DNA from: an uncultured Acholeplasma sp.
GTDB taxonomy: Bacteria > Bacillota_I > Bacilli_A > Acholeplasmatales > Acholeplasmataceae
DNA: 21,160 nucleotides
Direction of reading: 5' to 3'
NCBI GenBank assembly: GCA_964600775.1
Contig: CAZRKJ010000010.1
Coordinates: 1 to 21,160, forward strand
The notes under the pieces were generated by a model. That model saw only the letters and a list, made by a program, of their open reading frames with translations. It was not told the DNA's origin and did not search any database. The position numbers and the translations under genes are program-made. Below, in pieces: positions 1 through 7,576 of the stretch (positions are counted from its first letter, which is position 1; every line of letters starts with the position of its first letter).

Positions 1-596
1 TTTGGATCTGTAAACCAGTCAAAACGGTATGTACGCCACTCAAAATCATTTTGTGGATATGGTAGCTCATGCGATCTTGTACTAAACTCAGTTAAACTAA
101 TCCAGTTTGTCGTCCAAACACGTCTAAAATCATTTTCTACATTATTTTCAATATCAATTTCATGGTTCATGCCATTGTTATAATAATATGTCCACATTGC
201 CGTTGTAGAGCCAAATCTTGGCATAATACGCATACGTACTTCAAAACGACCAGGTCCTAATGCTTCTCTTGTTTTTATCATTGCCCCTGTACGTCTACCA
301 TGTGTATTTCCAATACCACGAAGTGGTCCATCATATAGATCGCCATTGGTTTGTAAGACAACAATACCATCTGCAGTGTAATGTACGTTTTCATAGATAA
401 CGCCACCATTGCCCACACCCCATTTAGAATTTCCTACGACCCACATATTTGGATCAATACCATTATCAAAGTCATCAAAGATGATATTATCTAAGTCCAA
501 AAATTTATTAGGATCAAACTGTGAGCCACCATCTTCAACACAGCCTACTAAAATGAGTGAAAGTATAAAGATTATTATTAAGCTTATTTTTTTCAT
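1..596 (-). CDS. Glycoside hydrolase family 16 (beta-1,3 / beta-1,3-1,4-glucanase-like) lipoprotein. The N-terminal ~198 aa are present; the 3' end runs off the window start.
   Basis: I translated the minus strand by hand. It starts with ATG at 596..594 and reads MKKISLIIIFILSLILVGC|VEDGG... The signal peptide ends in the lipobox LVGC. Further on comes ...GNSKWGVGNGGVIYENVHYTADGIVVLQTNGDLYDGPLRGIGNTHGRRTGAMIKTREALGPGRFEVRMRIMPRFGSTTAMWTYYYNNGMNHEIDIENN... The motif E-I-D-I-E matches the GH16 catalytic signature E-[ILV]-D-[IVAF]-[VILMF](0,1)-E. There is no stop in the window, so it is not in the ORF track. Confidence 0.8.
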   Translation of the reverse strand, partial: MKKISLIIIFILSLILVGCVEDGGSQFDPNKFLDLDNIIFDDFDNGIDPNMWVVGNSKWGVGNGGVIYENVHYTADGIVVLQTNGDLYDGPLRGIGNTHGRRTGAMIKTREALGPGRFEVRMRIMPRFGSTTAMWTYYYNNGMNHEIDIENNVENDFRRVWTTNWISLTEFSTRSHELPYPQNDFEWRTYRFDWFTDP

Positions 597-609
597 AGTT
601 TTACTTCCT

Positions 610-1779
610 TTATTTTTTTGCTACAACACCAAATGCATTTGTTACACCTACATGGATTGCACCATAAATGATGTTTTCATCACCTAATGTAGTGTACTTA
701 ATGCTAATATCAGTAATTTTTGAATCAATACCTTCATTGACCCAATCTAAATATTGTTGACCAAGTGCTTTTATACGACCACCAATAAAGAATTGACGGT
801 AGTTAAATATATAACTTAAGTTAGAAATCAATTCACCTAGTTTATTTGCTGTATACTTTACAACGTCTAAAACGACTTGATCATTGTTGTAAAAAGCTTT
901 AACAACATCACGGTATCTAAATTGCATGGCCACTTCTGTTTCTTTGCCCATATATTGTTGATAACTAATTTGTTTTTTTATTGAGTTAATCGAACAGATT
1001 AAGTCATAAACCATGTTGTTACCAAATTGATCATATGTAGAAATTAATCCAAACTCTGCAGCATATCCATGATCACCTTCAATGATTCTGTTTTCATTTA
1101 AGATAGCACCACCCATACCTGAATCTACATAGATTAAAATACCATTTTCTGCAATACGTTCAATCTTACCGTAGTGCTGTTCTCCAATAATTGCTAAGTT
1201 GATGTCATTTTTTAAAATAACGTTTAAATTTAGTTTTGCTTCAAAAAATGACCTTACTGGTATATCTTTTACGATTTTAAATTTAACCGAGTTTTCTATT
1301 TCATCATTAAACTTATTAATTTGTCCTGGAGCAGATACAATAATTGAAATAATTTTACATTTATCTGTTTCAAATTGTGTTTTCTTATTTAAGATAATTG
1401 AACAAATTTCGTTCAAATCATCTAAAGTTAAAAACTCTCTTTCTTCGATTACAGTTTCATCAAATATTTGACCATTTAAATAAGAAAAGACAATTTTAAT
1501 GTAGGTCGATCCAAATTCAACTACACCTAAAATACCTGCATCTTTTTTTATTGCATAAAGTGTACGTTTATACTTTTCATTGTCATCACCATTAACTGCT
1601 AGATTTTCAACTAAATGCATACTCTCCATCTCAGAAAGTATTTTAAAAACAGCTGTTTTGGATAACTTTAAAGCTTTTGCAATATGTGTTGCAGACATTT
1701 TTTTTGTATATAAAAGTCTCAAAATAGATTCGATATTATTTTCTCTAATACCTGTATTTTTTACACCTTTTGCTGTCAT
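610..1779 (-). CDS. ROK-family transcriptional regulator (NagC/XylR-like repressor with an N-terminal wHTH)
   Basis: 389-aa ORF. The N-terminus (NTGIRENNIESILRLLYTKKMSATHIAKALKLSKTAVFKILSEME) looks like a MarR-type wHTH. The ROK signature region is LIYVDSGMGGAILNENRIIEGDHGYAAEFGLIS. The gene lies 13 nt upstream of the GH16 gene on the same strand. Confidence 0.8.
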   Translation of the reverse strand: MTAKGVKNTGIRENNIESILRLLYTKKMSATHIAKALKLSKTAVFKILSEMESMHLVENLAVNGDDNEKYKRTLYAIKKDAGILGVVEFGSTYIKIVFSYLNGQIFDETVIEEREFLTLDDLNEICSIILNKKTQFETDKCKIISIIVSAPGQINKFNDEIENSVKFKIVKDIPVRSFFEAKLNLNVILKNDINLAIIGEQHYGKIERIAENGILIYVDSGMGGAILNENRIIEGDHGYAAEFGLISTYDQFGNNMVYDLICSINSIKKQISYQQYMGKETEVAMQFRYRDVVKAFYNNDQVVLDVVKYTANKLGELISNLSYIFNYRQFFIGGRIKALGQQYLDWVNEGIDSKITDISIKYTTLGDENIIYGAIHVGVTNAFGVVAKK

Positions 1780-1817
1780 ATGTATGCGCCCCAGTCTTCA
1801 TTAATTTTTATTGATTT

Positions 1818-1843
1818 GGGCAAGCAATCGTATTTGCTTGCCC
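1818..1843. other. Perfect GC-rich stem-loop (GGGCAAGCAA tcgtat TTGCTTGCCC) between the giant lipoprotein gene and the ROK gene
   Basis: The arms are perfectly complementary over 10 bp with a 6-nt loop, in an otherwise AT-rich spacer. No U-tract follows on either strand, so it is not a canonical intrinsic terminator. Confidence 0.4.
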
Positions 1844-1863
1844 AATCAACATATTTATATATC

Positions 1864-4800
1864 TTAAACCAATGCTATTTGAACTTTCAATGTCGGTACG
1901 AAACCTTCACTAATTGTCCATATTTGAGTATCAAATGATGCATAAGTTGCTGCACTTACAAACGCTGCTGGACTTATAAAGTATGTGCCATCATCTAAAA
2001 CTGCACCAAAGGATCTAAAGTTCGTTGTACCAATCGTATCTATATTTGCATAGACATCAACAACAGTACCAAAGTTTGTTGCTAGTAATCCAACCGCTGT
2101 TGGACCATTATCTGATACAGCTTTACCTAATACAATAATATTTTGTAAAACGCCGTGATTGTGTAGTACTAATGCAGCACCATTTGCACCATAAACATAT
2201 ACTTCAATGTCAACGACGACATCTTGTATTGTACCTGCATTATGTGCAACTAATCCAGCAGACCATGCATTGGCTTCCACATATCCTTCAAAGTGTGTAT
2301 TTTTAACGACACCATCAGCACCAACAAAACCAAAGAATGCCTTTGTCCAACCACCATTTGGCATGTTAATACCAGAAATCATAAAACCTTGACCATCAAA
2401 GATGCCAGTAAATGCAACACCTGCAATACCTTCATCTTCATTAGGAGCAATACCTATAGCCACCCAGTTTTGTGTTAGTTCTATATTTGCTGTAAGCATA
2501 TAAGTCTTGCTTAGCATTTCAGGATCAACTTGTCCTGAAAGATATGTTAATAGTTCTGTTTCATTAGAAATGTATACTGTATCACCTAAAACTGGTTCCT
2601 CAGATGATTCATTTATAAGTACTGGAACCATACCCTCAACGATTAACCATATAGCATCATCAAACGCTGCATAAGTAGCTGCTGCTAAAAAGCTTGCATT
2701 TGAAATAATATATGTACCATCATCTAAAACTGCACCAAGGGATTTAAAGTTTGGTGTACCAACTGTATCTGCGTTTGCATATACTTCAACAACAGTACCA
2801 AAGTTTGTTGCTACTAAGCCGTTTGCACCTGAATCAGATGCAACAGAACCTAAAACTACTATGTTTTGTAAAATACCGTGATTATGTACTGCAATTGCAC
2901 CACCATTACCACCATATACATAAACATCAATTTCAACGATAACATCTTGAATGGTACCTGCATTGTGTGCAACTAATCCAGCAGACCATGCATTACCTTC
3001 TACATATCCTTCAAAATGTGTATTCTTAACAACACCATCAGCACCAACAAAACCAAAGAATGCTTTTGTCCAACCACCATTTGGCATGTTAATACCAGAT
3101 ATTTTATAGCCTTGTCCATCAAAGATACCAGTAAATGCAACACCTGCAATACCTTCATCTTCATTAGGTGCAATACCTATAGCAACCCATGGTGATGTTA
3201 ATACGATATCACTTGTTAATACAAATGTTTTACTTAAATTTTCAGGATTTGTTTGACCTGACAATAAATTAACTAATTCAGTTTCATTTGAAATATATAC
3301 AGTATCATCAACGATTTCAGGGTTATAAACTGCACTAAATGTTTTTTCTGTAGATACTTCAGTACCTTCAATAGATACAACTACAGTAAATGAAAAACTT
3401 GCAGAAACTAATTCTAAATCAAAAGTTACTAAACCTGTTTGATCAATTGAAACACCATTGACTGCATCCTTAAGCGCATAGACTAATAACTCTTCACCTA
3501 AAGGATTAAGAATCGTTGTATCCACTTGTAGTGATTCATCAATTTCTAAGTCTAATGCTACGATTGTATTATCAATTGAAATACCTAACTCTGGAACAAT
3601 CACTGGCGGTACAAAACCTTCATATTTTAACATTGGTGCAATACCATCAGTAACATACCAAATATCTGTATCAAAGGCTGCATAGGTTGCAGCTAAGATA
3701 AAGTTTTGAGCAGAGATGATGTATGAACCATCATCAACGACAGTTCCAAAGGATGCTAGATTTGCTGTGCCTACTGTATCTGCATTCGCAAATACATTTT
3801 CAAGTGTACCAAAGTTTGTTGCAACTAAACCAACAGCAGTTGGACCGCTATCAGATGCAACGCGTCCTAAGACAACGATATTTTTTAATAGACCATGGTT
3901 ATGTACAACAATTGCACCACCATTCGCTCCATAAACATATACAACCATCTCAACAACAACATCTTGAATGGTACCTGCATTATGCGCAGCAATCGCACCA
4001 GACCATGCATTCGCTTCTACATAACCTTCAAAGTGAGTATTTTTAACAACTGCATCTGCGCCAATAAACCCAAAGAATGCTTTTGTCCAACCACCACCTG
4101 GCATATCAATACCAGAGATTGTATAGCCTTGTCCATCAAAGATGCCTGTAAATGGAACACCTACAATACCATCATCTTCATTTGGTGCTAAACCAATTGC
4201 AGTCCAAGGTGTTTCTAAAACAATATCATTTGTTAAGACAAATGTCTTACTTAAGTTTTCAGGATTCATTTGTCCTGAAAGTAAGTTTAATAATTGTGCT
4301 GCTGTAGAAATATATACAGTATCATCAACGATTTCAGGATTATAAACACCTGTAAATGCACGTTCTGCAGTAATTTCTGTACCTTCAATTGTGACTACAA
4401 CTGTAAATGAGAAACTAGATGCGACAAGTTCTGGATCAAATGTAACTAAACCAGATGCATCAATACTTACCCCTGCAACTGGTGCTTTAAGTGCATACTC
4501 TAATACTTCACCACCACTAGGGTTAACAACTTCAGCATTAATTTGAAGTGTTTCAGACACTTCTACATCAACTTCTAATACCGTGTTTCTAATTGCTACA
4601 GCACGCTCTAAAACGATTACAGGTGGCTCAAAACCATCATGTTTTAATAACGGATATGTACCATCTGCAATATACCAACGATCTTGATCAAATGCAGACC
4701 AAGTAGATGCTGATTTCATATCTACTGTTGGTAGCATGTAATTTGGATTAGTCGTAGGAACAAATGCTGCATAGTTTGGTGTTTCAAGTGTTTGATAATC

Positions 4801-5712
4801 TCCATAAACTTCAACCATAGAACCATCATTGGCAACAACTAAACCAGCTGAACGTCCGGATGTATTTGGATTGGTTTCACTAACAACTTTACCAATACCA
4901 TAAGCATATTGGATTAAACCTCTATTGACAGATACAATAGATCCTGCAGAAGTTCCTGCAACAGTTACAACCATATTTGAAACAACATTTTCAATTAAAC
5001 CTTCATTAATACCTGCAATACCACCAGACCATCCGGTTGCATTTACAACACCTTCAAAAGCCGTGTTTCTAACAATGGCTGTAGGTCCGATTTGTGCAAA
5101 GAATCCACCATTAAATAATGGTTCTTCACTTGAAATATCAATACCGCTAATTGTAAAACCATTACCATCAAATATACCAGTAAATGGATCACCAGCAATA
5201 ATATCACCAGTGTCTAGTTCAACTTCAGCAACACCAATTGGTGTCCATGGTGCAGTTAACTCAATATGATTCATTAAGATATATGAACCAGCTAATCCAC
5301 CTTCTGCTGTATTGATCGCACGTAGTTGTGCTTCTGTTGTAATCTCAACAGCTTCTACACCTACATTTTCAACTGTAAAGACAATTGTTTGACGAATTGT
5401 TGGATCATATACAGATGTTGCTACAACTGTAAATGTTGTACCATCTTCAACCGCATTACCAATGTTTAATTTATCATCAGTAATTGATACGCCACTGACA
5501 ATGCCTTGAACTGTAAATCGAATCTGTTGATTTGAACCTTCAGGTAATGCAACTGCAACTAATGTATGCTCACCTGGGGTCAATGTTGTTGAATCCATTT
5601 GAAATTGAATAGATTCAACATCTGGCACGTTTGGTTGTTCTTCTTCACTTGGGGTACATGCTACTAAGACAAGTGATAAAAGAAGTACCATAATCGTAAT
5701 AATCTTTTTCAT
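1864..5712 (-). CDS. Very large surface lipoprotein (1282 aa). Domain order: N-terminal Big_2-like Ig domain, then four tandem GLUG-motif beta-solenoid-like modules (A to D), with extra Ig-like domains after modules A and B.
   Basis: The ORF starts MKKIITIMVLLLSLVLVAC|TPSEEE (lipobox LVAC). A putative RBS reads AGAGGGTAAAGT-ATG. Modules begin at aa ~119, 465, 804 and 1045. Each contains FTGIFDG[QN]G[YF]xISGI...GG(W)TKAFFGF[VI]GAD..V.NTHFEG.V......G...HNAGTI.DV.V...V...G.NGGA...HNHG.L.N..VLG. The N-terminal module reads W-S-G-G-I-A-G-I-N-E-G-L-I-E-N-V, which resembles the GLUG (PF07581) consensus. Ig-like segments: ESIQFQMDSTTLTPGEHTLVAVALPEGSNQQIRFTVQG; and VSETLQINAEVVNPSGGEVLEYALKAPVAGVSIDASGLVTF. 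Confidence 0.85.
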   Translation of the reverse strand: MKKIITIMVLLLSLVLVACTPSEEEQPNVPDVESIQFQMDSTTLTPGEHTLVAVALPEGSNQQIRFTVQGIVSGVSITDDKLNIGNAVEDGTTFTVVATSVYDPTIRQTIVFTVENVGVEAVEITTEAQLRAINTAEGGLAGSYILMNHIELTAPWTPIGVAEVELDTGDIIAGDPFTGIFDGNGFTISGIDISSEEPLFNGGFFAQIGPTAIVRNTAFEGVVNATGWSGGIAGINEGLIENVVSNMVVTVAGTSAGSIVSVNRGLIQYAYGIGKVVSETNPNTSGRSAGLVVANDGSMVEVYGDYQTLETPNYAAFVPTTNPNYMLPTVDMKSASTWSAFDQDRWYIADGTYPLLKHDGFEPPVIVLERAVAIRNTVLEVDVEVSETLQINAEVVNPSGGEVLEYALKAPVAGVSIDASGLVTFDPELVASSFSFTVVVTIEGTEITAERAFTGVYNPEIVDDTVYISTAAQLLNLLSGQMNPENLSKTFVLTNDIVLETPWTAIGLAPNEDDGIVGVPFTGIFDGQGYTISGIDMPGGGWTKAFFGFIGADAVVKNTHFEGYVEANAWSGAIAAHNAGTIQDVVVEMVVYVYGANGGAIVVHNHGLLKNIVVLGRVASDSGPTAVGLVATNFGTLENVFANADTVGTANLASFGTVVDDGSYIISAQNFILAATYAAFDTDIWYVTDGIAPMLKYEGFVPPVIVPELGISIDNTIVALDLEIDESLQVDTTILNPLGEELLVYALKDAVNGVSIDQTGLVTFDLELVSASFSFTVVVSIEGTEVSTEKTFSAVYNPEIVDDTVYISNETELVNLLSGQTNPENLSKTFVLTSDIVLTSPWVAIGIAPNEDEGIAGVAFTGIFDGQGYKISGINMPNGGWTKAFFGFVGADGVVKNTHFEGYVEGNAWSAGLVAHNAGTIQDVIVEIDVYVYGGNGGAIAVHNHGILQNIVVLGSVASDSGANGLVATNFGTVVEVYANADTVGTPNFKSLGAVLDDGTYIISNASFLAAATYAAFDDAIWLIVEGMVPVLINESSEEPVLGDTVYISNETELLTYLSGQVDPEMLSKTYMLTANIELTQNWVAIGIAPNEDEGIAGVAFTGIFDGQGFMISGINMPNGGWTKAFFGFVGADGVVKNTHFEGYVEANAWSAGLVAHNAGTIQDVVVDIEVYVYGANGAALVLHNHGVLQNIIVLGKAVSDNGPTAVGLLATNFGTVVDVYANIDTIGTTNFRSFGAVLDDGTYFISPAAFVSAATYASFDTQIWTISEGFVPTLKVQIALV
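1867..5358. repeat. Four intragenic tandem direct repeats. Unit D is about 1867..2580, C about 2581..3303, B about 3304..4320, A about 4321..5358. B, C and D are roughly 85 to 92% identical at the DNA level over stretches of a few hundred bp. Unit A is more diverged.
   Basis: I aligned by eye. Compare 2279..2470 with 2999..3190 and with 4019..4210. One example is gtccaaccaccatttggcatgttaataccaga, a 32-nt exact match between units C and D. Other long near-identical runs end in ...ccttgtccatcaaagat.ccagtaaatgcaacacctgcaataccttcatcttcattagg... Confidence 0.8.
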
Positions 5713-5727
5713 ACTTTACCCTCTTTT

Positions 5728-5744
5728 TCTGTACACTGTGTGTA
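5728..5744. promoter_or_regulatory. Inverted repeat TGTACAC-tgt-GTGTACA in the 45-nt gap between the permease gene and the giant lipoprotein gene
   Basis: The arms are 7 bp with a 3-nt spacer. It sits immediately upstream of the lipoprotein RBS. It could be an operator or a short RNA hairpin. Confidence 0.3.
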
Positions 5745-5757
5745 CATATTATTTTAA

Positions 5758-6627
5758 TTAACCTTTTAATCCACCTGCTACCATGTTTTCCATAATTGTA
5801 TTTCTAAATGCAATAAATACTGCAAGAATCGGTACAATTGAAATAATCATTGTAGCAAACATTTCGGCATAAGCCCCTTGAGAAACCATCGTTTGTGTTA
5901 GGTACCTAATACCTAATGCAAGCGTTGGATAATTCCTTAAATAAATTGATGGTGTGATGTAATCATTCCATATACCAATACCATAAATAATTGCTAAAGA
6001 TATCATGATCGGTTTAGCCATCGGTAGCATGATCTTTAAGAATACTTGAAAATCTGATGCACCATCAACAAATGCAGCTTCTGCATAGGTTGGTGAAATG
6101 TTTTTAAAATACCCATGCATAATAAAGAATGTAAAGCCAAATGATCCTGAATACAATACTAAGATACCTAAAATAGAATTATATAAACCTAGCGATTGCA
6201 TTAATCTAAACTGCGCTGGTAACGTACCAACAATCGGCATTATTAATGTGAATAATGCAATACTATATATCAGATTACGTCCTTTAAAACGGTATCTAGC
6301 TATAACATATGCTGCCATTGATGAAAGCATTGTATTAATGAATGTTGCAAGTAATGTAATGACCACACTTAATAAAAACATATGTGTAATATTAAATGTA
6401 CCTGCTGCTGTTTGCATGTTATAACCTAAAACATTCATGTAATTTCTAAAACCAAAGGACTGTGGTAATGCCCAAATATTTGTAAAGAACTCTTGATTGG
6501 ATTTAAAGGAGTTCACAAGCATCCATGCAAACGGAAATAATAATGTAAATGCATAAATAGAAAATGCGCCAAATATGATCCACAATATTACTCTTGCAGG
6601 TGTTGAATAAAAGCGATGTGTCCTCAT
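5758..6627 (-). CDS. Carbohydrate ABC transporter permease (CUT1 family, MalG-like)
   Basis: 289-aa polytopic membrane protein. The EAA-like region is ...YAEAAFVDGASDFQVFLKIMLPMAKP... The ATG start overlaps the upstream permease stop in a TAATG-type junction at 6627. Confidence 0.85.
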   Translation of the reverse strand: MRTHRFYSTPARVILWIIFGAFSIYAFTLLFPFAWMLVNSFKSNQEFFTNIWALPQSFGFRNYMNVLGYNMQTAAGTFNITHMFLLSVVITLLATFINTMLSSMAAYVIARYRFKGRNLIYSIALFTLIMPIVGTLPAQFRLMQSLGLYNSILGILVLYSGSFGFTFFIMHGYFKNISPTYAEAAFVDGASDFQVFLKIMLPMAKPIMISLAIIYGIGIWNDYITPSIYLRNYPTLALGIRYLTQTMVSQGAYAEMFATMIISIVPILAVFIAFRNTIMENMVAGGLKG

Positions 6628-7571
6628 TAGTATTCAACCTCCGTAAAGAATAGATTCAGTGTCCTTCTCGTTAACAATATAATTGGTAACCCAAATATGG
6701 ATAATATAATACCAAATGTTGCCATATAGGCGATATTTTGATTTTGAATAACTGAGTTATATATAGCAAGAGCAATCGTATTGGTATCACCACTTGTTGG
6801 CGTTAAAAATAGTGGTTGTAAGAGCGCTGTAAATACCGATGTCATACCTAGAATAAAGGTTGTGACAATTGTTGGCCAAATAAGCGGAATAACAACTGTA
6901 GTAAACTCTTTAAAGAAGCCAATGCCTTCTAATTGTCCATATTCCATCAATTCTTCTGGAATACGGGTAATTGCACCTGTCATTAAGATAATGTTGAACC
7001 CTAAACCTACCCAAACACCGTAGACAAAGATCATTATTTGGTTGGTTGGGTAGCTACCAAACCATGATGGTACAATAACTGTTGAATCAAACATACCAAA
7101 GAACCACTTATAAATATCGTTTACTGGACCTAAATTAGAGTCAAATGTAAATGAGAATGCCATCGTCATAACTACTATTGGTAAAATCGATGGTAAGAAG
7201 TATACAACTCTAAAGAATCCAGAAAATGGTACTTTTTTAAATAAGAAATAAGAAAATGCCATTGATAAAGGTAATATAACTAAACTATTAATCGGCATGT
7301 AAAAAAGTGAATTAATAATTGTTCTTCTGGTCCACTCATCATTAGCGATTCTATCAAAGAACATTACATAATTATCAAACCCGCTATAGATGTATCGACC
7401 TTCAGTCCATGAAAACTTTTGAAAAGTTAAAACAATCGTATCGAAGTTGACATACCCAAAAAACAGTGCAAACTGAAGTACGGGGTATGCCAACATTAGT
7501 GTAATAAATATACGTTGTTTAGTTTTTTTCTTAAGTATTCTTTTTTTCTTTACTTCGATACTCTTTTCCAC
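6627..7571 (-). CDS. Carbohydrate ABC transporter permease (CUT1 family, MalF-like)
   Basis: Polytopic membrane protein. The region ...MEYGQLEGIGFFKEFTTVVIPLIWPT... matches the permease signature region. The ORF-track start at 7601 is a TTG that overlaps the solute-binding-protein gene by 25 nt and has no SD. An in-frame GTG at 7571 (..IDVEK..) lies just after that gene's stop and has a weak AGGT SD, so I prefer it. The start is uncertain by about 30 nt. Confidence 0.75.
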   Translation of the reverse strand: MEKSIEVKKKRILKKKTKQRIFITLMLAYPVLQFALFFGYVNFDTIVLTFQKFSWTEGRYIYSGFDNYVMFFDRIANDEWTRRTIINSLFYMPINSLVILPLSMAFSYFLFKKVPFSGFFRVVYFLPSILPIVVMTMAFSFTFDSNLGPVNDIYKWFFGMFDSTVIVPSWFGSYPTNQIMIFVYGVWVGLGFNIILMTGAITRIPEELMEYGQLEGIGFFKEFTTVVIPLIWPTIVTTFILGMTSVFTALLQPLFLTPTSGDTNTIALAIYNSVIQNQNIAYMATFGIILSIFGLPIILLTRRTLNLFFTEVEY

Positions 7572-7576
7572 ATCTA

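Noticed and set aside
409-687. 92-aa plus-strand ORF
   Set aside because: It lies antisense to the GH16 and ROK genes and spans their junction. It has low-complexity, hydrophobic composition and no SD. It is a shadow ORF.
3723-4046. Q/H/L-rich 107-aa plus-strand ORF, and similar ones at 2751..2942 and 3895..4191
   Set aside because: They lie antisense to the repeat modules of the giant lipoprotein gene. Their biased composition mirrors the opposite-strand codons. They have no RBS and recur only because the sense repeats recur.
1867-5358. CRISPR-like regular repeats
   Set aside because: The repeats are ~0.7 to 1 kb protein-coding modules, not 25 to 40-bp direct repeats with unique spacers. 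No cas genes are present.
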